A stretch of 64,000 nucleotides of DNA, taken from NCBI GenBank assembly GCA_963681965.1, contig OY820579.1, positions 2,048,001 through 2,112,000 of the forward strand, in the 5' to 3' direction. A program made the translations under genes and the position numbers. This document shows positions 29,478-38,361 of the stretch, in pieces. Within the stretch, counting starts at the first letter, position 1, and each line of letters begins with the position of its first letter. The DNA is from a bacterium. GTDB taxonomy: Bacteria; Electryoneota; JAOADG01. A model generated the notes under the pieces. That model ran no database searches and was not told where the DNA came from. It worked only from the letters and a program-made list of their open reading frames with translations.

Positions 29478-29795
29478 TTAAAGTAGTTTGTTGATCTGCT
29501 CGGCAATTTTGCCCTTCGCTTGCAGACCGTTAATGGTAGCTAATCGTTCGCCATTCTTGAAGAACATCACCTGTGGAACGCTGAATACCTGATACTTTTG
29601 CGCGACTTTAGTCGATTCGCCAACGTCGATGTAAAACACCCGAATCTTGCCGGCATACTCGTTGGCAAGTTCCGCCATGATCGGATGCAATTTTTTACAC
29701 GGACCGCACCATGTGGCGCCGAAATCGATTACGGTCAGCATCGGGTCGTTAATCCCAGCTTCAAATTTCTCGTCGTTCCATTGTTCGACTGACAT
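29478..29795 (-). CDS. trxA: Thioredoxin
   Basis: DFGATWCGPCK, SVP. Confidence 0.92.
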   Translation of the reverse strand: MSVEQWNDEKFEAGINDPMLTVIDFGATWCGPCKKLHPIMAELANEYAGKIRVFYIDVGESTKVAQKYQVFSVPQVMFFKNGERLATINGLQAKGKIAEQINKLL

Positions 29796-29884
29796 AATAA
29801 AGCTCCTACGCTAGTGATACGTAACAAGTTGTTTTGGTTGTCGGAAGATAGTTGCTAATAAGAACTATCTATCATGAATTCCGA

Positions 29885-31822
29885 TCAGAATTTCGTGGAT
29901 TGGATCCACTGAATGGTTTCTGCCGGAGCTTTAAAGCCGGCAAATCGATTGCGTTCCTCTCCGTTTGGAGTCAACAACAACACCGTCGGCAGCCCTTGAA
30001 TCCGGTATTTCGTCATCAGCGCTTTGGTTGTTTCGTTTTGTTTGGTAAAATCAAATTTCAATAAAACAAAACCACCTACTGCTTGTTTAATTCCCGCATC
30101 AGGCCAGGTTTTCTCGTCGAGTTCGACGCAAGCGGCACACCAATCGGCGTAAAAGTCGATTAATACCGGTTTGTTTTCCGCTTTTGCTTTTGCCAATGCT
30201 CCGGTTTCATCGTTGCGTAACCAAGGCAAGCCGGCTTCCGGTTGGGCACTGCTTGATGTGATTGCCACGGGTGCTGGTGTCAGCAATTTATTCAATTCAA
30301 ATAGTGGCATTGTCACGGCAAGAATTGCGACCATTGCAGTAATTAGTAACAGGACTGCCACCGCACGACTAAAAGCTGTTCCTAATGAAAGATCGTCGTC
30401 AGCCGAGAGTGGCTTGCCCCACAACAAAATGCCACTGAATGCCAGAAGTACCGACCACAGCAGATATAACAGCGATGCGGGGAGGTATGCCCGCACCAGG
30501 AACAGTGCGCCTGCCAGCAACGCCATGCCGAAGAATTTCTTAACGGCGACCATCCATTCACCCGCGCTTGGTAACGCTTGCAACATGCCGCTGAAAGTTC
30601 CGATCACGATAAACAGCAATCCCATTCCGAGCGAGAAGGTGAACAGCATAAAGAAACCGATCGCAAGACTGCCTGATTGTGCAACCCATGCCAACAGAGC
30701 AACCAGTACCGGTCCGACACAAGGCGCGGCAACCAGTCCACTGAGACCACCCATCACGGCAGCACCGAAGTAGCCACCTTTGGTTTTCCCTTGCGCTTCC
30801 GCGGCAAATCCCGGTATCGGAATATCGAATACTCCCAGCATCGATACACCCATAATCGCAATGATTGCGGCAATCGGTCCCATGAACCACGGGGTTTGAG
30901 TAAAAGATCCGAAAAGTGCGCCAGTTGAAGCGGCTAGTAAACCGAGTGTCGAATAGACGATCGCCAGACCCAGCACGAATGCGAGCGATAGCGTGAATCC
31001 GCGCAATTTGCTGCCGCCGGAACGACTGCCGATGTAACCCATTGTAATGGGAATTACCGGATACACACACGGCGTCAGCGATCCCAATACACCACCAAGA
31101 AATACTAACAGAAAAGCAATCCAGCTACCCGACTTTAGCGCGTTTTGAAAGCGGACTTCCAGCGGTTCATCGACGGCTGGCGTGGACGTTACAGGTTGAG
31201 CGCTGGTAGCAGTTGTAACCGTCTCCGGCTTCGGAGCAGTATCAGTTTGAATGGGTGGTGAAGTTGGTGTAGGAGCTGACGGAGTGGGTGGTACGACTGG
31301 AGCGACGTATGCAGTTTCGGATGTATTACCCTTGCGTAAGACTAATCTCACTTCGCGATCGGTGGGCATAAAGCACTGTTTCGCACCGGTCTCGGCACAG
31401 ATCTGATACCCCATTGCGAGCGGCAACTTTAGTTCTTTCCAGTCGGAAGTTCCAGCGATCTTCACCGTGGATTGAATAATGATCTTCCCTTGAAAGACTT
31501 CATCCTTTTCGAATTTCTGCATTGCGGGGTATTTCCACTCGCCGAATTTCAGATCAAGGGTATCTCGTACTTTGAGCTCGAAAAAGCCATTATCGCGACT
31601 GGTGATATGATATCCTTCTGGCATTGCGATAATTACTTTGACAATTGCCGTTCCCGATGCAGGAAGCGGGGAAGGTGACGTTGCTGACGTTACCGGGACA
31701 TTGGCAATTGGATCGAATTTGTCGACAGGAATCGGTTCCGCTAAAGCGATATAGACGAAGATGGTGACGATGATCAGGATTGAGGTTGAGAAGCGCAGCG
31801 ATCGTCGCAATGGTCTGGTCAT
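29885..31822 (-). CDS. dsbD: Protein-disulfide reductase DsbD
   Basis: N-domain YQIC...QCFMP, TM domain LTPCVYP and APCVGP, C-terminal DFYADWCAAC. Confidence 0.92.
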   Translation of the reverse strand: MTRPLRRSLRFSTSILIIVTIFVYIALAEPIPVDKFDPIANVPVTSATSPSPLPASGTAIVKVIIAMPEGYHITSRDNGFFELKVRDTLDLKFGEWKYPAMQKFEKDEVFQGKIIIQSTVKIAGTSDWKELKLPLAMGYQICAETGAKQCFMPTDREVRLVLRKGNTSETAYVAPVVPPTPSAPTPTSPPIQTDTAPKPETVTTATSAQPVTSTPAVDEPLEVRFQNALKSGSWIAFLLVFLGGVLGSLTPCVYPVIPITMGYIGSRSGGSKLRGFTLSLAFVLGLAIVYSTLGLLAASTGALFGSFTQTPWFMGPIAAIIAIMGVSMLGVFDIPIPGFAAEAQGKTKGGYFGAAVMGGLSGLVAAPCVGPVLVALLAWVAQSGSLAIGFFMLFTFSLGMGLLFIVIGTFSGMLQALPSAGEWMVAVKKFFGMALLAGALFLVRAYLPASLLYLLWSVLLAFSGILLWGKPLSADDDLSLGTAFSRAVAVLLLITAMVAILAVTMPLFELNKLLTPAPVAITSSSAQPEAGLPWLRNDETGALAKAKAENKPVLIDFYADWCAACVELDEKTWPDAGIKQAVGGFVLLKFDFTKQNETTKALMTKYRIQGLPTVLLLTPNGEERNRFAGFKAPAETIQWIQSTKF

Positions 31823-32592
31823 GGTTTCTCCGAAGTTGTAAGCCAAGTCTCCTGGTAACCGAGTTTCGATAAATCATCGCGAATTTTCATCGCGCTGTCG
31901 ACCGAGCGTGCATTACCTACACGTACACGGTAATTGCCCTGATACAGCGGTAGAACAGTAACCGGTTCGGTAGTTTTATGCTTCAAAATCATCGCAAGCG
32001 AATCAGCCGACTCTTTTGATTTGTAAGCGGCGACTTGCACCTGCCAGCATTTTTCGCGCGATTGAACTGGCGGGGTAGTATCGATATCTGTTGCATCGCT
32101 CGGAATATCCACCTGAAGCGGTATCTTCGATTCCACCGGTACGGCTTTGATGTACCCGCATCGATAAGCTTCATTCACCGCGGTTTGCGCTTTGGATAAA
32201 TCGGCAAAGTTGCCAAACATTATTTCATATTGATCGTTGATATAGCGGAGCTGAGTCGGTTGCGAGAATTTTTTAGCAACTATTTTTATCAACGCTTTTG
32301 CCGAATCTTCATTGGGGGTGATTGCCACCCGCACCCGCCAACCATTGATTAGCGGGTGCAGTGAATCAATTTGATCCGATTTATTCGTAGGGGGAGTATT
32401 CGGTTTGAAAGTGCCGTAAGTTGCAGGATCCTGATAGCTTACTGGATCGGGATTGGCAATTTCATCCACTGGTCGTTTCTTCAACGAATCGACCACCGAT
32501 TGTCGTCGATCCGCTGGAGCCGATAACGTTACCGAAACCAATGAAACCAGTGCGATCCACGAAATAAGGCTACGCATGTAACTTCCGATCAT
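31819..32592 (-). CDS. Secreted SPOR-domain protein (two SPOR-like units)
   Basis: GWRVRV...; WQVQVAAYKSKESA...YRVRVG...LSKLGY. Confidence 0.75.
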   Translation of the reverse strand: MIGSYMRSLISWIALVSLVSVTLSAPADRRQSVVDSLKKRPVDEIANPDPVSYQDPATYGTFKPNTPPTNKSDQIDSLHPLINGWRVRVAITPNEDSAKALIKIVAKKFSQPTQLRYINDQYEIMFGNFADLSKAQTAVNEAYRCGYIKAVPVESKIPLQVDIPSDATDIDTTPPVQSREKCWQVQVAAYKSKESADSLAMILKHKTTEPVTVLPLYQGNYRVRVGNARSVDSAMKIRDDLSKLGYQETWLTTSEKP

Positions 32593-34187
32593 TAACGCGG
32601 CAACGCAGCAATTTTCTCGGCTTCGCCAAATAGCGTAATTGCCTGCTTCACCAAAGTGTCTTCGGGAATTACAACTTGATAGCGGCTCTGACGGGTATTG
32701 AAAATCGCTTGCGCCAATTCACCCTTGAACGATAATGCCAGGAATTTTCGATCCTTCAGAATGTCTTCCTCTTTCATTTCCAATTTCGGATCGTTCAACT
32801 TTGCCGCTTTCATCAAGTCAATCAAAATTGCATCGGTGATTTCGACTTCCGCTGCAAACTTGTTAATATCGCTGCCGTATTTTGTCGCATACGATGGTGC
32901 GAGTTTCTGTGCATGATCGATCATCACACGCGAATTACGCAGTCGTGCTGACGATAATGTCAATCGTTCTACTGGTGCTTTCACATCCGGAGTGATTCCA
33001 CCACCACCGAACACCGTGCGTCCGGCACTGGTCTTGAATGGATCGCGTTTCACTGTGTCAACCGCTGTGGAATCTTCCTCTTTGTAAATTGCTTCGATAT
33101 ATTCTTCGCGCTGTCCAAGTTTGTAGGGTCGTTGAATCAATCGACCGGTCGGTGTGTAATACCGCGCCGTGGTTAGTCGAACGACCGAACCATCGCGCAA
33201 TGGAAGCTGGCTTTGCACCAAGCCTTTACCGAAAGTGGTCTGTCCGATAATCAGACCGCGATCGAGATCCTGTACTGCTCCGGAAACAATTTCAGATGCC
33301 GATGCCGAACCGGAATTGACCAGTACGACTAGTGGATATTTGCGATGGCGAATGGTACTCAAACTGGTATAATCGCGACGCGAACCGGCTTGACGTCCCT
33401 GCGTATAAACCACCAATTTTCCTTCGGGAATAAACTTCGATGCGACTTTCACCGCTTGATCGAGATACCCGCCGGTATTGTTGCGCAAGTCGAGAATCAA
33501 GCGTTTCATTCCGACTTTCTCGAGGGAATCAAGCGCTTGTTCCATTTCATCGCTGGTCGTAGCAGTGAATTGATTCAACAATACATAACCAGTGTTGCGG
33601 TCGACCATGATCGCGGTTTCTACTGATAATACCGGAATCTTGGCGCGTTTAATCGCGAATTCCATCGGATCGTCGACACCGGGTCGGCGGATTGTCAATT
33701 TCACGATTGAGTCTTTCGGACCGCGAATCCGTTTGAAAACTTCTTCTTCTGCGATACCAAAAGCGGTCTTTCCATCGATCGAAATGATTTTATCGCCAGT
33801 CCGGAGACCCATCCGTTCGGCAGGTGTACCGGGAATAGGAGCAATGACCGTCAGCACTTTATCGTAGATCATAAACTGAATGCCAATGCCTTCGAAATTA
33901 CCGGAAAAGACTTCATCCAAGCGCTGTTCTTCTTTCGCCGGAATGTAGGCGGAGTGCGGATCGAGTTTCTCCAACGCACCGCTGATCGCCCCTTCCATGA
34001 CATCGCCGAAATTCGGTTCTTCGACATAAGTACCGCGAATCGCGGCAATCACTTCGGAGAATTTCTGCATCTGGAATGTTAGCGAACTATCCTTCGAATC
34101 CTGACTGTGCGCCATCCGGAAGCCCGCAAAAAACGCAACCAAAATCAACAACATTCCGCCTCCAGCCCAAGCCAGTTTGCGTCTCAT
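32592..34187 (-). CDS. ctpA: Carboxyl-terminal processing protease (S41A)
   Basis: LDPHSAY, FEGIGI PDZ, DLRNNTGG, SASASEI, FGKGLVQ, GGITPD. Confidence 0.92.
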   Translation of the reverse strand: MRRKLAWAGGGMLLILVAFFAGFRMAHSQDSKDSSLTFQMQKFSEVIAAIRGTYVEEPNFGDVMEGAISGALEKLDPHSAYIPAKEEQRLDEVFSGNFEGIGIQFMIYDKVLTVIAPIPGTPAERMGLRTGDKIISIDGKTAFGIAEEEVFKRIRGPKDSIVKLTIRRPGVDDPMEFAIKRAKIPVLSVETAIMVDRNTGYVLLNQFTATTSDEMEQALDSLEKVGMKRLILDLRNNTGGYLDQAVKVASKFIPEGKLVVYTQGRQAGSRRDYTSLSTIRHRKYPLVVLVNSGSASASEIVSGAVQDLDRGLIIGQTTFGKGLVQSQLPLRDGSVVRLTTARYYTPTGRLIQRPYKLGQREEYIEAIYKEEDSTAVDTVKRDPFKTSAGRTVFGGGGITPDVKAPVERLTLSSARLRNSRVMIDHAQKLAPSYATKYGSDINKFAAEVEITDAILIDLMKAAKLNDPKLEMKEEDILKDRKFLALSFKGELAQAIFNTRQSRYQVVIPEDTLVKQAITLFGEAEKIAALPR

Positions 34188-35287
34188 AACTTTCCTCCAT
34201 TCCAGTGAAATTCACTTCCGACGGTAATGATCAAACCCTTTAATTGCATATCCGTAAGATGCGCTAATAGTTGCCCGATTGCCATACCTGTCTGGTCTGC
34301 CAATTGATCTGCCGAGAGTGGCGATTTTTGTAACACTTCCATAATCGGAAGTGCTTCCGGCGCAATCGTGGCAGTCTGTGCGGCGATTTCCCGTTTACTG
34401 AATTTGCCGTGGTACTCCGCGATGATGTCGTCGGCGCAAGTCACGAGCTTCGCCCCTTTTTGGATCAGGCGGTGTGGTCCGCGCGAGAGCGGGGAAGTCA
34501 GCATCCCCGGAACTGCATACAAATCGCGATTCTGATCGAGTGCGCTATCCGCCGTCAGCAACGCACCAGACTTCTCACGCGCTTCTACAACCACAGTTCC
34601 CAAAGTCAATCCGCTGATGATCCGATTGCGTTGCGGAAAAAACCGTGCATCCGGTTGAATTCCCGGTGGATACTCCGAGAGTATCAAGCCATGCGTTTCA
34701 ATTTCCGCCATCAATTCACGATGTTGCGGTGGATATACCACATCCAAACCACATCCAAGGACTGCGACAGTGCTACCCACCATCCCGGCAAGAGCCCCTT
34801 TGTGTACGGCACCATCGACCCCGATCGCCAAGCCACTCACTACCGTCCAACCGTTCGCAGACAAATCGTTTGCCAATTGATACGCGACTTTCTTGCCATA
34901 CTCGGTAGCGAGGCGACTGCCAACAATCGCAATCGACTTACCCCAGTCCGGTTTCAATGCGCCATTCGCATACAACACGATCGGAGAATCGGGAATCTCA
35001 CTCAACACCGCAGGATAATCCGGATGTTCAAATGTCCAGACCGCAAACCCTGCCGCTTCCGCTTTCGCGACAATTTTTTCCGCTTCAGCAAGCTGAGTAT
35101 GCGCACCGACAATCGCCAATGCCGTCTGTTCGCCGATATCTTCCACTTGCCGCAATTCGGCATAGGGTGTGCGCAGAATCGTTTGCGCATCGCCAAATAC
35201 CGACAGCAGTCGTTTGCAGCGGATCGGTCCTACCCCATCCACTGCCAGCAGCGCAATTCGCGCGACCAATTCCTCAGTAGTTATCAT
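34184..35287 (-). CDS. dprA: DNA processing protein DprA
   Basis: AIVGSR, VSGLAIGVDG, VLGCG, FPQRNRIISGL, VEAREKSGALLTA. Confidence 0.95.
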   Translation of the reverse strand: MITTEELVARIALLAVDGVGPIRCKRLLSVFGDAQTILRTPYAELRQVEDIGEQTALAIVGAHTQLAEAEKIVAKAEAAGFAVWTFEHPDYPAVLSEIPDSPIVLYANGALKPDWGKSIAIVGSRLATEYGKKVAYQLANDLSANGWTVVSGLAIGVDGAVHKGALAGMVGSTVAVLGCGLDVVYPPQHRELMAEIETHGLILSEYPPGIQPDARFFPQRNRIISGLTLGTVVVEAREKSGALLTADSALDQNRDLYAVPGMLTSPLSRGPHRLIQKGAKLVTCADDIIAEYHGKFSKREIAAQTATIAPEALPIMEVLQKSPLSADQLADQTGMAIGQLLAHLTDMQLKGLIITVGSEFHWNGGKL

Positions 35288-36272
35288 CTTCCGACTCCGC
35301 TACCGGAGGCTTCGGCATCGCTTCCAGTCGATGCCACACAAGACTAGTCAATTCATCCAAATTCAAGCGCGTTACAGCGCTGAAATCGATCTCGGATTGG
35401 AACGGGATCGTCTCATCGTTAATAAGATCCGCTTTTGATCGTGCGACGATGGACGGTTTCTTCGCCAGTTCCGGCGAGTATTTTTCGATTTCATTCTGTA
35501 ACATCGACAATTCCAAATTGGGATCTTCGGAATCGGCGGGGATGAGATAGAGCAGTAACCGGGTTCGCTCGATATGGCGCAGAAAGCGGATCCCAAGACC
35601 CTTTCCGTCGGCGGCACCTTCGATCAATCCCGGAATATCGGCAACAATAAATCCGGTAAATTCGGCAATTCGCACGATCCCAAGATTCGGTTCCAATGTG
35701 GTGAACGGATAATCTGCAATTTTTGGACGGGCTGCCGAAATCGTCGACAGCAACGTCGATTTTCCGGCATTCGGTTTCCCTACCAATCCGACATCGGCAA
35801 TCGATTTCAATTCGAGAATCAATTCGCGCTGTTCCGCTGCCCAACCCGGTGTTGCCTTGCGTGGTGCCTGATTCACCGACGTAGCGAAATGCGTGTTGCC
35901 GCGTCCGCCATCGCCCCCTTTTGCCGCAATCCAGCGTTGTCCGGCATCGGTCATGTCGGCAAGAATTTCACCGGTAATCTTATCGTGGATCACTGTTCCC
36001 GGTGGCACTGGAATGACAATATCCGCGCCACCTTTACCGGACATCCGGTTTCCACTGCCCGGTTTTCCGGCATCCGCTTCGTAATGCTTGGTGTACCGGA
36101 AGTCGAGTAGCGTCGTGCGATTTGGATCGACTTGAAAAATTACATCGCCCCCCTTGCCGCCATCGCCGCCATCGGGACCCCCTTTCGGGATAAACTTCTC
36201 GCGACGAAAACTGACACAGCCATCGCCACCTTTCCCGGCTTTGACGCGCAGGGTTGCATAATCGACAAACAT
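35274..36272 (-). CDS. obgE: GTPase Obg
   Basis: MFVD, FRREKFIPKGGPDGGDGG, GKPNAGKST, DYPFTT, DIPGLIEGA. Confidence 0.96.
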   Translation of the reverse strand: MFVDYATLRVKAGKGGDGCVSFRREKFIPKGGPDGGDGGKGGDVIFQVDPNRTTLLDFRYTKHYEADAGKPGSGNRMSGKGGADIVIPVPPGTVIHDKITGEILADMTDAGQRWIAAKGGDGGRGNTHFATSVNQAPRKATPGWAAEQRELILELKSIADVGLVGKPNAGKSTLLSTISAARPKIADYPFTTLEPNLGIVRIAEFTGFIVADIPGLIEGAADGKGLGIRFLRHIERTRLLLYLIPADSEDPNLELSMLQNEIEKYSPELAKKPSIVARSKADLINDETIPFQSEIDFSAVTRLNLDELTSLVWHRLEAMPKPPVAESEDDNY

Positions 36273-36357
36273 CAATCAGTACCTATCCTCAGTTAGGATC
36301 AAATGCTCTTGCAATAACATAGCGCGTGAATCGACAAATCCTGTCGTTTCACTGCGA

Positions 36358-37536
36358 TCAGACAACTAAAACCACTTCGCGCTGGATATGCGAAGTCACA
36401 CATGGACCAGATGGATCCAAATACACATTAATTTCACTCCGGACACCGAATTCCGGCAGATAAATACCCGGTTCGATCGTGAATCCGGTTCTGGTAATCA
36501 ATCTGCGGGTATCGTGGGTCTCGAAATTGTCGATATTCGCACCGATACCGTGAACATGATCGCCCGGACTCAAACTGTGACCAGTGCGATGAATAAAAAA
36601 TTCTCCGTAACCCCGGCTGGAAATCGCGTTGCGCGCGGCATCGTCGACTTCCCATCCGTACACGGGTTGATTGTGACGATAGCGCTCTTCAACCAACGAT
36701 AGTGCAGCATCGCGACCGCTGAGCACGGCATTGAATACATCGAAGTGCTTGCCGGGGACATCGGTTCCGGCATATCCCGTCCAGGTGATGTCGCTGAAAA
36801 CGTGCTCTTCGCCCGGTTCGCGCGCCCAAAGATCGATTAGAATCCAATCGCCGGGATCGATCGTAAAGCGTAGGTCCGACGACGGTGCGTAGTGCGGATT
36901 GCCGCTTCGCTCATTGGTTGAGACGATCGGCACATCTTCCTCTTCCAGATTGTGCGTTTGAAAGGCGTTGCGAATAAACTGCTGCACATCGAAATCGGTT
37001 ATCGTTTCACCGCCGCGCAGCGCATCGCCGATCCGGTGGAATGCCGCGTCTTTGACACTATTGACGATCTCGGCTGTGATTAAATGTTTGTTCTTCGCCC
37101 GATCACTCCAGCGCGCTGTCAGCCATTGCACCAGATCGGCGGACGATGTCACCGAAAAACCGATACGGTGCAACAGTTCCATCGTTCCGGCATCGACGAT
37201 CGACATGGTCGGGATCGAACTGAAGGGGCAATATTCCATCGCTACGGTCTGATGCCACCGGCTGCACCAGTCGCTGAGTTTCGCTTCCATCTCGACATAA
37301 TTGGTGAACAACTCGACTGTGCCGGGAAAATCGGTGAATTGTTCGCTATCGACTTTGTGTACCAACGCGCGCGCCTCGCCGTGTTGGGGTATCCCGACGA
37401 AGACGCGACGGGTGGTCCAGAGTGTTCTCCCGACCAATCGTTTCCAGATTGGATTTGTCGCGCGAAAATCGTAGATCAACCATGCCTGACAACCGGTGTC
37501 CTGCAACGACTTTTGAATTTTTTCCAGATCGAACAT
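36358..37536 (-). CDS. M24-family (Xaa-Pro) aminopeptidase
   Basis: NPHY, LIDLWA, SDITW, HRTGHS, TIEPGIY, GVRSE. Confidence 0.88.
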   Translation of the reverse strand: MFDLEKIQKSLQDTGCQAWLIYDFRATNPIWKRLVGRTLWTTRRVFVGIPQHGEARALVHKVDSEQFTDFPGTVELFTNYVEMEAKLSDWCSRWHQTVAMEYCPFSSIPTMSIVDAGTMELLHRIGFSVTSSADLVQWLTARWSDRAKNKHLITAEIVNSVKDAAFHRIGDALRGGETITDFDVQQFIRNAFQTHNLEEEDVPIVSTNERSGNPHYAPSSDLRFTIDPGDWILIDLWAREPGEEHVFSDITWTGYAGTDVPGKHFDVFNAVLSGRDAALSLVEERYRHNQPVYGWEVDDAARNAISSRGYGEFFIHRTGHSLSPGDHVHGIGANIDNFETHDTRRLITRTGFTIEPGIYLPEFGVRSEINVYLDPSGPCVTSHIQREVVLVV

Positions 37537-37707
37537 GACCTGCTCCAGAGTAGCCCTAACTAAGAAAGGTACGGAAAACAAAGCGAGAACGTAACCAGCC
37601 GGAAATGGGTCTGTCTATTTTTATTACAGTTATGTTATTATGGAAGATAGTAATGTTTATTCGAATGATGCTACGGTAGTGTCGCTCGAAACTAAGTTGT
37701 TATCGGA

Positions 37708-37777
37708 AGTCGGGGCTAGCCCCCACGCCCGCTCGCCAACCCTTTTTCTAGTAGGGGCTGACCCCCATGTCCGTCCG
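37708..37777 (+). repeat. Two degenerate GTAG-type REP-like units
   Basis: 37708 agtcggggctagcccccacgcccgctcg resembles 41381 agtaggggcgggctcccacgcccgcccg; 37751 gtaggggctgacccccatgtccgtccg resembles 49731 gtaggggcggacccccgtgtccgcccg. Confidence 0.7.
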
Positions 37778-37788
37778 TGTCCTTAAAT

Positions 37789-37914
37789 TCTGTCATTGCG
37801 AGGACGCCGCAAAGCGGCGGACGTGGCAATCCACTCTTTTCGTCTTTTCCCAACACCCAATCCCTACCACCCAACACCCATTCTGTTGGTGGCGCAGGCC
37901 TCCGAGCCTGTGAT
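37789..37914 (+). repeat. Composite repeat unit A (GTCATTGCGA...GTGGCAATC arm, C-rich spacer, CGCAGGC hairpin); intergenic copy
   Basis: 126 nt; a close copy lies inside the CDS at 38626-38748. Confidence 0.85.
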
Positions 37915-37960
37915 TTTCCTGTAGTACTACCGATCTCCGATTCGGCATTTTGGATCTTTA

Positions 37961-38177
37961 TCTGTCGTTGCGAAGACGACGCGAAGCGGCGGACGTGGCA
38001 ACCTACTCTTTTTTATTCTGTAGTAGTAGGAGCCCTCCGCGGCCTCCCGTTCCAGTATCATTTCTTTGGTTTCCTGTATCCTATTCTGTCGTTGCGAAGA
38101 CGACGCGAAGCGGCGGACGTGGCAACCTACTCTTTTATATTCTGTAGTAGTAGGAGCCCTCCGCGGTCTCCCGTTCC
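37961..38177 (+). repeat. Two near-identical 93-bp direct repeats, 124-bp period
   Basis: 37961-38053 and 38085-38177 differ at two positions (tttttta/ttttata; ggcctc/ggtctc). Confidence 0.9.
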
Positions 38178-38198
38178 TGTAATCTTTTTTTCGATCCC

Positions 38199-38221
38199 GT
38201 AGGTCAGAACTTGTTCTGACC
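38199..38221 (+). repeat. REP-like unit
   Basis: GTAG-GTCAGAAC-tt-GTTCTGAC-C. Confidence 0.7.
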
Positions 38222-38301
38222 ACCTCCTGTGTCTCAAATTGAAAACAGATATCGAATCTAAATCCTTTAATTAAATTTTCTCCTATCGCTTATCAATTTG
38301 T

Positions 38302-38330
38302 TTGTAAACACTCTTCGTCCGCATTATTAT
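38302..38330 (+). promoter_or_regulatory. Putative sigma70 promoter of the SBBP gene
   Basis: TTGTAA-N17-TATTAT; GGAG SD at 38353-38356 before ATG 38362. Confidence 0.5.
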
Positions 38331-38361
38331 TGATAGAACCACCTGTCCGACCGGAGCCGCC

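Noticed and set aside
34409-35347. 312-aa plus-strand ORF
   Set aside because: Antisense shadow of dprA with no recognisable motif.
37961-38177. CRISPR array from two repeats with a 31-nt gap
   Set aside because: The repeats are 93 bp, there are only two, they are built from REP-like parts, and no cas genes are present.
37777-38223. Short ORFs 37777-38202, 37927-38223 and 37950-38147 as genes
   Set aside because: They are translations of repeat DNA with no convincing SD or protein motif.
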